Positions 26,995 to 35,164 of a DNA stretch of 64,000 bases are shown piece by piece (position 1 is the first letter of the stretch; every line of letters begins with the position of its first letter). Origin of the DNA: Terracidiphilus sp. (GTDB lineage Bacteria > Acidobacteriota > Terriglobia > Terriglobales > Acidobacteriaceae); NCBI GenBank assembly GCA_049511595.1, contig JBEKXX010000001.1, positions 676 through 64,675 on the forward strand, read 5' to 3'. The notes under the pieces were generated by a model, which worked only from the letters and a program-made list of their open reading frames with translations, searched no databases and was not told the DNA's origin. The position numbers and the translations under genes were made by a program.

Positions 26995-27834
26995 ATGAGA
27001 ATCCACAACACTCGCCGATGGGTTTACGCGATTTCGCTTTTGGCCGCGCTCGCCGTTTGCAGCGCAACGCCGAGGATCCACGCGCAGACGCCTCCTGCGC
27101 AGAACTCGCTGCCGCCGGTTCCGGATTGGGAGCAACCCGGCTCGGCAACGCATCAACAGGTGCCGCCGCCCGCGGGCTTTCACCGGCCGAGCACAAATTT
27201 CAACACGCCGATCGGAATCTTCGACGGCCAATCGGACGTCGGCAGCGCGCTGGCGCCGGGCAGCGCGAGCTACGATGCCGCAACGGGAAAGTACACCATC
27301 CACTCGGCGGGATATAACATCTGGTACTCACGCGACGAGTTCCGCTTTCTGTGGAAGCGCATGTCGGGAGACGTGTCGCTGGCGGCCGATATCTCCTTCC
27401 CCGATCCCAATGGCTACGGCGACCGCAAGGCCGTGCTGATGATCCGGCAGAGCCTGGATGACAATTCGAAGACAGCGCTGGTGGCCCTGCATGGGGCCGG
27501 GTTGGTGCATCTGGCATGGCGCCTGGAGAGTGATGCAAGCCTCGAGGATATCGCTTTTCGCATGAGCCGGAGCGGAGGACCGGACGCCGGGGAGCCGTTC
27601 AGCAATGGGACCATCAACGCCAAGCGCATCGGGATCGAGAAGCGCGGCGACGAGTTTGCGCTCTTCGTGAGCCTGGACGGCGAGCCGATGCACCAGTTCG
27701 GGCCGCCCATCAAGCTGCATCTGGATGAGCCGTTCTACGTTGGCATCGGTTTCTGCTCGCATCTGCCGGTGACGGTGGACACGGGGGTGCTGAGTAATGT
27801 GGTGCTGGTGAATAAGGCGGGGAAGGTGCGGTAA
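26995..27834 (+). CDS. Secreted hypothetical protein, lectin/ConA-like beta-sandwich
   Basis: Signal peptide, Pro-rich linker, then GIFDGQSDVG...AGYNIW...DEFRFLWKRMSGD...YVGIGFCSH; function unknown. Confidence 0.6.
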   Translation: MRIHNTRRWVYAISLLAALAVCSATPRIHAQTPPAQNSLPPVPDWEQPGSATHQQVPPPAGFHRPSTNFNTPIGIFDGQSDVGSALAPGSASYDAATGKYTIHSAGYNIWYSRDEFRFLWKRMSGDVSLAADISFPDPNGYGDRKAVLMIRQSLDDNSKTALVALHGAGLVHLAWRLESDASLEDIAFRMSRSGGPDAGEPFSNGTINAKRIGIEKRGDEFALFVSLDGEPMHQFGPPIKLHLDEPFYVGIGFCSHLPVTVDTGVLSNVVLVNKAGKVR

Positions 27835-27945
27835 GAGCGCTTCGCCAGAGGGATCGTCCCGGTACAAAGGTTTGGAATGAATCGAATGGTAGAAAACAGA
27901 AAAATAGGCCTTCGTCCATTTGTAAGCGAATGAAAACAAATAATA

Positions 27946-27982
27946 TTGACTATTACAACTAGAACAACTATAATTATAGTCA
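27946..27982 (+). promoter_or_regulatory. Near-consensus sigma70 promoter with operator palindrome
   Basis: TTGACT (27946-51), 17 nt, TATAAT (27969-74); perfect palindrome ACTATAATTATAGT (27967-80) covers the -10. Confidence 0.8.
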
Positions 27983-28003
27983 GAATTGGCGCGGAGGCAG
28001 GAG

Positions 28004-28249
28004 ATGGCTCGCTGGCAGGTACAAGAGGCCAAGACGCGGTTGAGCGAGGTGATCGAAGAGGCTCACAGCCAGGGTCCGCAGATCATCACACGGCATGGCG
28101 CGGAGCGGGCCGTGGTGCTGTCGATCGACGATTTCCGCGCCTTGACAGCGCACAAACCGGGGCTGAAGGAGTACCTGCTCGGCGGACCGAAGGTGGACAG
28201 CTTCGAGATTGAGCCCGACCGCGACGCGGGCCGCGAGATCGCTCTGTGA
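28004..28249 (+). CDS. Phd/YefM antitoxin
   Basis: WQVQEAKTRLSEVIEEA...PQIITRHG..AVVLS. Confidence 0.92.
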   Translation: MARWQVQEAKTRLSEVIEEAHSQGPQIITRHGAERAVVLSIDDFRALTAHKPGLKEYLLGGPKVDSFEIEPDRDAGREIAL

Positions 28250-28668
28250 GCACGGCGCCTGCGTATTTGCTCGACACCAATGTACTGAGCGAAACGCGGA
28301 GGAAAAAGGCCGATCCGGGCGTGATGGCTTTTCTCGAAGCGGCCGATTCCACTTCGCTTTTTCTGAGCGTGTTGACGATTGGCGAGCTGCGCAAAGGCGT
28401 GGCTGCCAAGATGCGGTCCGATTCTGCCGCGGCCAAAAGCCTCGCGGCATGGGTCGAGGGGCTGGAGTTCGGATTTGCCGACCGCATTCTGAGCATCGAC
28501 CCCGCCACAGCGCGGCTGTGGGGCGACTGGTCGGGCGATCGCCCGCGACCGGTTGTCGATACGTTGCTCGCGGCGACGGCCGTGGTGCACGGACTGATCT
28601 TCGTCACACGCAACACGCGCGACGTGGACGGGATTCAGGTCAAGCTGCACAACCCGTGGACTGAGTAG
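28246..28668 (+). CDS. vapC: PIN-domain toxin (VapC family)
   Basis: YLLDTNVLSE, LSVLTIGEL, VDTLLAATA, VTRNTRD; GTGA overlap with the antitoxin. Confidence 0.93.
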   Translation: MSTAPAYLLDTNVLSETRRKKADPGVMAFLEAADSTSLFLSVLTIGELRKGVAAKMRSDSAAAKSLAAWVEGLEFGFADRILSIDPATARLWGDWSGDRPRPVVDTLLAATAVVHGLIFVTRNTRDVDGIQVKLHNPWTE

Positions 28669-28742
28669 AGGCACTCATGAAGGTGCGCGGGCGCCCGGCG
28701 CGCTACCATGCTTGGGGATACCGTCTTCTGTGAGGTGCTCTG

Positions 28743-29816
28743 GTGAACCGGCGGTCTTTCGTGCATTGCGCAGCGGCGCTTACTGCTCCGCTGATGGTCT
28801 TTCCGGGAGCAGCAGCCCAGGCTACCGGCGGCCCAGCGAGTGCGGCTGCAGGCGAGAGTTTGCATCCCGAAAGCGCCCGCCGGATCAAGAAAGCTGCGGC
28901 TGCGGCGATGGCAATGCAGCGCCGCGACTGGGAGCAAGGAATTCTGGCCGAGGCGTTGGCCGAGGCCGGCGACCGGCGCGGAGCGATTCTGCTGACCCGG
29001 GCCGCAATCGTGCAGCGGACGCCGGACGGACGGCTGGGCGTGGTGGTCTCGGGCAGCCCGGCCGATCCCGCCATGGGCGGCTGCGCCTATGCGAAGGCGG
29101 CCGAATGGACAGGCGATGCGCAGATTCAACAAGCGGTAGACGGACTGCTGGCCTGGATTCGGACTAAAGCTCCGCGCAACGCCGAAGGCATCCTCTACCA
29201 CGTCTTCGGCGCGCCGGAGATGTGGTCCGACGGGCTGAACTGCGCGCCGCCATTCCTGGCCGCGATGGGCTTCCATGACGAGGCGCTGGCCCAGATCGAC
29301 GGCTACAGGGAGCGGCTTTGGAACCCGCAAAAGAAACTCCTCGCCCACATCTGGGACGACGGCAAACGGCAGTTCAGGGACGGCAACTTCTGGGGCGGCG
29401 GCAACGGCTGGGCCGCAGCGGGCCTGGCCCGCGTTCTGCGCAGCCTGCCGGCCGAACGCCGCCAGGACCGCCAGCGCCTGGCTGCCTTTGCTAGAGAGAT
29501 TGTGGACGGTTGTCTCGAGCACCAGCGGCCCGACGGTCTCTTTCACGACGTGGTGGACCAGCCCGCGACCTTCGTGGAAACCAACCTGGCGCAGATGCTC
29601 GCCTTCGCGGTTTTCGAGGGCGTCGCCGCCGGCTGGCTCTCCCCCAGCTATCGGCAACATGCGGAGCGGATGCGCGCCGCCGCCCGCTTGAAGATGGATG
29701 CCGACGGTTACATTCAGGGCGCCTGCGGCGCGCCCAACTTCGACCGCCCCGGAAACTCGACCGAGGCCCAGGCGTTCTGCATCCTGATGGAGGCCGCCGG
29801 CAGCAGGCTGCCCTAA
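28743..29816 (+). CDS. Tat-exported GH88/GH105 unsaturated glycuronyl hydrolase
   Basis: MNRRSF leader; DWEQG, MWSDG, FWGGGNGWAAAGL, QRPDGLFH, ETNLAQM. Confidence 0.82.
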   Translation: MNRRSFVHCAAALTAPLMVFPGAAAQATGGPASAAAGESLHPESARRIKKAAAAAMAMQRRDWEQGILAEALAEAGDRRGAILLTRAAIVQRTPDGRLGVVVSGSPADPAMGGCAYAKAAEWTGDAQIQQAVDGLLAWIRTKAPRNAEGILYHVFGAPEMWSDGLNCAPPFLAAMGFHDEALAQIDGYRERLWNPQKKLLAHIWDDGKRQFRDGNFWGGGNGWAAAGLARVLRSLPAERRQDRQRLAAFAREIVDGCLEHQRPDGLFHDVVDQPATFVETNLAQMLAFAVFEGVAAGWLSPSYRQHAERMRAAARLKMDADGYIQGACGAPNFDRPGNSTEAQAFCILMEAAGSRLP

Positions 29817-29913
29817 GTTGTATCGACATATAGGGGTGTGCGGCGCTGGGAAAGGCCGGCGCGCGGGCGCGGGCAGAAGGCCATGGAGCGGGCGAAGGCG
29901 TGGGCGTAAAGGC

Positions 29914-29962
29914 AGTTCGTAGTTCTTAGTTCTTAGTTCGTAGTTCGTAGTTCTTAGTTCGC
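29914..29962. repeat. 7 x heptamer array AGTTC(G/T)T
   Basis: AGTTCGT AGTTCTT AGTTCTT AGTTCGT AGTTCGT AGTTCTT AGTTCGC. Confidence 0.92.
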
Positions 29963-30046
29963 GGTGCTCGGTTGCCGCTTCTTCAGCCGGCTTGTACAGC
30001 GATCCCTGTTCGGTATCCTTTCCCGCCCCGGCCGTTATCCTGAAAG

Positions 30047-30754
30047 GTGAAGGTACGACGAACCAGAAACCCCAAGCCTCCGCGCCGGAAGAGCCTGCTC
30101 CGAACTTGCATACTATGGTTTGCGATCGGCGTAGCGGCTTGCTGGACGCTTGCCGCGCTGATGCTGGTGGCGGCCAAGTGGATCGATCCGCCGACGACCG
30201 CGGTGCACATGGAGCGCCGCGTCGAGGCGTGGATTCACTCGAAGCCCTATCACGAACGCTACACATTCGTTCCGCTGAAAGACATCTCACCCAATTTGCA
30301 GCACGCCGTGATTGCCGCGGAGGACGCGCGCTTTTACGAGCACCATGGGTTCGATTGGCATGCCATTGAGCTTGCTGCCGAGCAGGACGAGAAAGGCGGC
30401 CGCATTCGCGGAGGGTCCACGATCACGCAGCAACTGGTGAAGAACCTGTTCTTCGGAACGGAGCGCTCGTTTCTGCGCAAGGGAGCGGAGGCATCGCTGG
30501 TGCCGGTGGCGGAGTTCGTGCTGGGCAAGCAGCGCATTCTGGAGCTTTACCTGAACGAGGTGGAGTGGGGGCCGGGAATTTATGGCGCGGAGGCGGCGAG
30601 CCGGGCGTATTACGGGGTGGGGGCGCGGAAGCTCGACCGGAACGAGGCGGCGCGGCTGGCGGCGGTTCTGCCGCGGCCGCTGAAGCGGCGACCCGAGCGC
30701 ATGGACCACTACAGCGAGATCATTTTGGAGCGGATGCGGGAGATGGGGTGGTGA
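30047..30754 (+). CDS. mtgA: Monofunctional peptidoglycan transglycosylase
   Basis: IAAEDARFYEHHGFD, RGGSTITQQLVKNLF, RKGAE, RILELYLNEVEWG. Confidence 0.95.
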   Translation: MKVRRTRNPKPPRRKSLLRTCILWFAIGVAACWTLAALMLVAAKWIDPPTTAVHMERRVEAWIHSKPYHERYTFVPLKDISPNLQHAVIAAEDARFYEHHGFDWHAIELAAEQDEKGGRIRGGSTITQQLVKNLFFGTERSFLRKGAEASLVPVAEFVLGKQRILELYLNEVEWGPGIYGAEAASRAYYGVGARKLDRNEAARLAAVLPRPLKRRPERMDHYSEIILERMREMGW

Positions 30755-30762
30755 GGGGGAGC

Positions 30763-30826
30763 AGCGGAGCTAGCGGGGTTAGCGGAGTTGGAGAACGACC
30801 CCACCCTAGCGGGGCTAGGACATGGC
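30763..30826. repeat. 9-mer array AGCGG(A/G)G(C/T)T followed by a degenerate CCCCACCC-type REP hairpin
   Basis: AGCGGAGCT AGCGGGGTT AGCGGAGTT (30763-30789), then CCCCACCCTAGCGGGGCTAGG. Confidence 0.7.
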
Positions 30827-30893
30827 ACAAGGCTATGTTGTAAATTGCGATTGAGCTTTATCTCAGGTCAAATGCGTGGCAGCGGAGCGAAAA

Positions 30894-31910
30894 ATGAAGG
30901 CGGGAAAGATTATCACTATCGTCATCGCAAGCGTAGCGAGCCTCATCGTGCTCGCTGCAGCCGTCGCGGCGGCAGGCCTTTTCGGGCTATCGAAGATTGG
31001 TAGCCAGCAAAACTTCCCGCCACCAGAAGGTCAGCAGGCGGTTTCTCAGTCGGGAAACCTCATTCTTTTCTCCGAGGCAAGTGGAAGCTCCTCCTTCCTG
31101 TACCTTCAGGATTCGAGCGGCAAAAAGAAAACTCGACTTACGGGTGCTCTGAAGGGAATTGAATCGGAACCGAGCTTCTCCCACGATGGCAAGTTCGTGG
31201 TCTATACCTTTGCAGACTCGCCGAATTCCAAATCGGCTGTTTGGCTGGTGGGTGTGGATGGAAATAACCCCCACGCCATAAGCGACAGCGATCAGGACGC
31301 GCTTCACCCGGTTTTTTCCCCAGACGACACAAAGGTCTTTTATGCGGTGTCAAACTTCTCCGGACATTACTCTCCGATTGTTCGACCTGCCCGACACGAT
31401 TGGGATCTGTTTTCAATTCCGGTCGGATCAGGTACGCATGCGGGGACTGTGCCCACTCAGATTACTCACGAATCTTTTTATGATCTTCGTTCTCTTGATG
31501 CTACCGCTGATGGGCTCAATCCGGGAGGGACCAAGCTGCTGATTAGCACATCGGGGTATCCGATAGGAGAGCTAATTGAAGAGTTCAACTTAGACGCCGC
31601 CGGTCGAAACAAAATTTTCCAGCCGCACGTTCCCGGTGAATCGTCAGTGGGCCCTTCTTACGGAGAGGCACGTTTCATACATGACGGGATGGAAATCCTG
31701 TTTCTCGCTGCGACAGATACATCCGGCGGGGACTATGACTACAACATCTATTCAATGAGCGACGTGACCGGGGCAGAAATCAAGCAGCTTACTCACCTGA
31801 AAGGGATGACGAAGGATTTACGGGTCGTACCCAGCGAAAAAGCGCTCTTTGAGAATGGCGGAGCCATTCAGCTGTTGGATCTGAGCACACAGACTGTAAA
31901 GCCCATTTAG
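30894..31910 (+). CDS. Membrane-anchored TolB-like (PD40) beta-propeller protein, lower GC
   Basis: N-terminal TM; EPSFSHDGKFVVY and HPVFSPDDTKVFY PD40 repeats; GC 32/60 and 27/60 in two lines counted. Confidence 0.7.
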   Translation: MKAGKIITIVIASVASLIVLAAAVAAAGLFGLSKIGSQQNFPPPEGQQAVSQSGNLILFSEASGSSSFLYLQDSSGKKKTRLTGALKGIESEPSFSHDGKFVVYTFADSPNSKSAVWLVGVDGNNPHAISDSDQDALHPVFSPDDTKVFYAVSNFSGHYSPIVRPARHDWDLFSIPVGSGTHAGTVPTQITHESFYDLRSLDATADGLNPGGTKLLISTSGYPIGELIEEFNLDAAGRNKIFQPHVPGESSVGPSYGEARFIHDGMEILFLAATDTSGGDYDYNIYSMSDVTGAEIKQLTHLKGMTKDLRVVPSEKALFENGGAIQLLDLSTQTVKPI

Positions 31911-31972
31911 AGATACGCGAAGCATTTGGGAACATGATGGGCCTGCTCCCTTCTTGCAGCTTAGCGGTTTGC

Positions 31973-33286
31973 TCAGCCGATGTCCTGATTCCAGTTTTCC
32001 AGCACCTTTTTGAACTCGAGCATGAATTTGCCGCCGTCGGCGCCGTCGATGAGGCGGTGGTCGAAGCCGAGGCAGAAGTACTGCATCGACCGAATCGCAA
32101 TGGAGTCGTTGCCTTCGGCGTCGGTGACGACGGCGGGCTCCTTGCGCAGGCCGCCGACGGCGAGGATGGCCGACTCGGGCTGGTTGATGATGGGCATGCC
32201 GTACTCGCCGCCGAAGGCTCCGGCGTTGGTGAGGGTGAAGGTGGAGTTGCCGACCTCGTCGGGCAAGAGCTTTTTGGAGCGGGCGCGGAGGGCGAGATCG
32301 GCGATGGAGCGGGCGAGCGAGGCGAAGGTGCGCTCGTGGGCGCGGCGGATGACGGGGACGATGAGGCCCCAATCGAGGGCCACGGCGATGCCGAGATCGA
32401 TGGTTTGGTGGTAGCGGATGGCGAGGCCGGCCGAATCGCTTTGGGGGGCGCTTTCGAGCGAGGCGTTGACGATGGGGAAGCGGCGCAGCGCGGCGACGGC
32501 CGCGGCGGCGATGAAGGGCATGTAGGTGAGCTTGACGCCGTGGCGCTGGTTGAAGGCGTCCTTATGCTGGTCGCGCAGGCGCGCGATGCGCGTCATGTCA
32601 ATCTTGTAAACCGTGTGGACGTGCGGGGCGATGCGCACGCTCTCAACCATGCGCTCGGCGATGATGGCCCTCATGCGGGTTAGGGGCACGGGGTCGACGG
32701 GCAGAGTCGAGGGGTCCGGCGCGGGCGTCTGCGCCACCTGCGGTGGGGGCACCTGCGGTGGGGCAGCCCGCCCGCTATCGCGGGCGACTTCAACCGGCGT
32801 GGCCGAAGAGGCTTCGCTGCGCAGGCCAACTGTAGTGGCAGCGCGGAGCACGTCTTCTTTGTTGATGCGGCCTTCAGCGCCGGTGCCGGCGACGCGGCTG
32901 AGATCGATGCCGTGCTCTTTGGCGATGCGGCGGGCGAGCGGCGAGGAACGGATGCGGCCCACCTGCGCCACCTGCGGTGGGGCAGACCTTTGGACTGGCG
33001 ATTGTGCAATGTTTGCCGCTGCCTGCGCGGTAGCGGGGATCGTCGCGCCGGCTTCGCGAATCACCGCGACCACTGTGTTGACCTCAACGGTAGCGCCTTC
33101 AGTGAAGCGGATCTCGGCCAGCACGCCGGCTGCGGGCGAGGGAAGTTCGGCGTCGACCTTATCGGTGGAGATTTCGAGGAGCGGCTCGTCTTTTTCAACG
33201 GCGTCGCCGATGGTTTTGAGCCATTTAGTGATCGTGCCCTCGAAGATCGACTCGCCCATCTGGGGCATGATGACATCCGTTGGCAT
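31973..33286 (-). CDS. sucB: 2-oxoacid dehydrogenase E2 (dihydrolipoamide acyltransferase)
   Basis: Lipoyl domain EISTDKVDAELPSP, PSBD SSPLARRIAKEHGID..GTG..GRI.KEDV, catalytic FDHRLIDG; substrate specificity (succinyl or acetyl) is not certain. Confidence 0.85.
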   Translation of the reverse strand: MPTDVIMPQMGESIFEGTITKWLKTIGDAVEKDEPLLEISTDKVDAELPSPAAGVLAEIRFTEGATVEVNTVVAVIREAGATIPATAQAAANIAQSPVQRSAPPQVAQVGRIRSSPLARRIAKEHGIDLSRVAGTGAEGRINKEDVLRAATTVGLRSEASSATPVEVARDSGRAAPPQVPPPQVAQTPAPDPSTLPVDPVPLTRMRAIIAERMVESVRIAPHVHTVYKIDMTRIARLRDQHKDAFNQRHGVKLTYMPFIAAAAVAALRRFPIVNASLESAPQSDSAGLAIRYHQTIDLGIAVALDWGLIVPVIRRAHERTFASLARSIADLALRARSKKLLPDEVGNSTFTLTNAGAFGGEYGMPIINQPESAILAVGGLRKEPAVVTDAEGNDSIAIRSMQYFCLGFDHRLIDGADGGKFMLEFKKVLENWNQDIG

Positions 33287-33308
33287 GGATTCCTTTCTTG
33301 GCAGAGCG

Positions 33309-33335
33309 AGCGGAGTTAGCGGGGCTGGCGGAGCT
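33309..33335. repeat. 9-mer array AGCGGAGTT type
   Basis: AGCGGAGTT AGCGGGGCT GGCGGAGCT; same unit as 30763 and 40353. Confidence 0.7.
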
Positions 33336-33441
33336 AAAAACCCTAGGGTCCACTTCTCAACGCGGCGCGCGCAACTCCTGCCGGATTATAAATCGCGGGC
33401 ACGCGGGACGGAGCGGGTTGAAGGCCTAGCTCAGACGGGGC

Positions 33442-34374
33442 TCAGGCGGAAACGGGCCGGTCTTTGCGTTGGCGCAGGCGCTCGATCTCGGGCGGGATCT
33501 GGAGCGGCGTGTCCTCTGCCGGAAATTCAGGGGCTGGAAGATCGGGATCCGGAGCGGCGGGAGCTGGAGGTTCCGGCGTGCGTTCGGCGGAGGCTTGCGC
33601 CTGTGCGCGCAGGGCGGCGAGGCTTTCGACGAACTCGACCTGCTGGTCGAAGACCTGGCCGAACTGGCGCGCCGCTGAGTGGGCGAGAGATTCGAGGGTA
33701 GGAAGGCTGTTGGGGCCGGCGATCTCGTTTTCGAGGCTGGTGACGGGGCGGTTCGTAATGCCGCAGGGGTTGATGAGAGTAAAGCCGCGGAGATCGGTGG
33801 TGACGTTGAAGGCGAAGCCGTGCGAGGTGACGCCGCGGGCGACGTGAATGCCGATGGCGGCGATCTTGCGCTCGCCCAAGGGCGCATCTTTGTCCTCTGT
33901 CCCACAGCTCTCGTCCAAGGGTCTGCCGCACTGCAAGTGCCCCCACCGCAGGCGGCACCAGACGCCGGTGAGGCCGCAGATGCGGCCCGCGGGGACGCCG
34001 AACTCGCCGCAGAGGCGGATGAGCGCTTCTTCCATGAGCCGGACAAAGTCGACCGGGCCCAGGCGGTTGCCTGCGGGCGAGCGCAGGCTGCGCAGATCGA
34101 AGATGGGATAGCCGATGAGCTGGCCGGGACCGTGGTAGGTGACGTCGCCGCCGCGGTTGATCTCGTGGAGGGTGACGCCGCGCCGCTCCAAAAGCTCGTC
34201 CGACGCGAGAATGTTGGAGCGGTTGGCGTTGCGGCCGAGGGTGAGGACCGGCGGATGCTCGAGGAGCAGGAGCACGTTGCCGATGCGGCCCGCAGTGCGC
34301 AGCGCGACGAGCTTTTCCTGGATGCAAAGCGCCTCGCCGTAATCCACGCGCCCGAGATAGAGGTACTGGATCAT
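33442..34374 (-). CDS. lipB: Lipoyl(octanoyl) transferase
   Basis: LLEHPPVLTLGR, RGGDVTYHGPGQL, RKIAAIG, TSHGFAFNV, INPCGI. Confidence 0.95.
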   Translation of the reverse strand: MIQYLYLGRVDYGEALCIQEKLVALRTAGRIGNVLLLLEHPPVLTLGRNANRSNILASDELLERRGVTLHEINRGGDVTYHGPGQLIGYPIFDLRSLRSPAGNRLGPVDFVRLMEEALIRLCGEFGVPAGRICGLTGVWCRLRWGHLQCGRPLDESCGTEDKDAPLGERKIAAIGIHVARGVTSHGFAFNVTTDLRGFTLINPCGITNRPVTSLENEIAGPNSLPTLESLAHSAARQFGQVFDQQVEFVESLAALRAQAQASAERTPEPPAPAAPDPDLPAPEFPAEDTPLQIPPEIERLRQRKDRPVSA

Positions 34375-34427
34375 GGTCTGGTTTGATTGTAGCGGGGCGC
34401 CGCATAGGCTTCCGCCTGGGGGATGGA

Positions 34428-35159
34428 TTACGGCAGTTTGGCCATATCCATGTTCCAGGGTTTGCCGGTGGGAACATTCAGCGGCTCTTCGGCCTCGTAC
34501 CCTTCCTTGCGGAAGCGCACCTGAATCGTCCTGGGCTGCGGTTGCGGCAGGTGCAGATCGTAGCGCCCCTGCGCGTCAGTCAGAGCAGAGGCCTGCACTC
34601 GGTTCGCGGCCAGAACATCTACCTCAACGCCCGCAACGGGCATGCTGGTGACGCGATCGGTGACCTCGCCCTGGAACTCCCACGGCGGCGGCGGACGCAA
34701 GGCAAACCAAAGGGCCACGCCAGCCAGGATCGCCGCGAGCGCCGCAAGCGCCGCCTGCAACCTGCGTCTGCGTCGCAGCGGCCAGCCCAGCGCCGGCTTG
34801 AGCTGCGCGGCCGCTTGCGCGGGATCGGCGGCGGTGATGCCCTGGATCTCGAGCATCGCCGGAAGGGGCGTCTTATCCAGCAGCCAGGGAAGGATGGGTT
34901 TGCGCATCGCCTCGGCGCGAGAGTACTCGAAGGTGATGTAGTCGGAGCCGCGCGTGTTCTGCGACCAGCACAGCACCAGCGCGCGCGAGGCGCGAATGGA
35001 TCGCTCCAGGCGGCGCTTCCACTGCTCGCCTGGATCGATCGATTGCACGTCGAAGAAGACGCGATAGCCAAGCCGGCGCAGCTCGTCGCGCAGGGGCGCA
35101 ACGCGCTCGGCGTCGGCGCGGGAGTAACTGAAGAACACGTCGTACTTGACCATCGCCAT
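34428..35159 (-). CDS. TIR domain - transmembrane helix - CarboxypepD_reg/Ig-like domain protein
   Basis: YDVFFSYSRAD...VFFDVQSIDPGEQW...SRALVLCWS..SDYITFEY TIR_2 pattern; RRRR then a hydrophobic helix (about 34698-34760); GEVTD...PVAGVEV...TDAQGRY...KEGY. Start is 35159 or 35153. Confidence 0.85.
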   Translation of the reverse strand: MAMVKYDVFFSYSRADAERVAPLRDELRRLGYRVFFDVQSIDPGEQWKRRLERSIRASRALVLCWSQNTRGSDYITFEYSRAEAMRKPILPWLLDKTPLPAMLEIQGITAADPAQAAAQLKPALGWPLRRRRRLQAALAALAAILAGVALWFALRPPPPWEFQGEVTDRVTSMPVAGVEVDVLAANRVQASALTDAQGRYDLHLPQPQPRTIQVRFRKEGYEAEEPLNVPTGKPWNMDMAKLP

Positions 35160-35164
35160 AAGCG

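Noticed and set aside
27835-27945. AT-rich stretch as a gene remnant (ORF 27328-28032 minus)
   Set aside because: The ORF is antisense to real genes and has no recognisable domain; it is better explained as the TA promoter region.
29914-29962. Heptamer and 9-mer arrays as a CRISPR array
   Set aside because: Units are 7-9 bp with no unique spacers, and no cas genes are present.
34428-35159. TIR gene as Thoeris, CBASS or Pycsar
   Set aside because: No SIR2/Macro ThsA, no cyclase and no NLR ATPase nearby; the TM plus periplasmic Ig layout does not match these systems.
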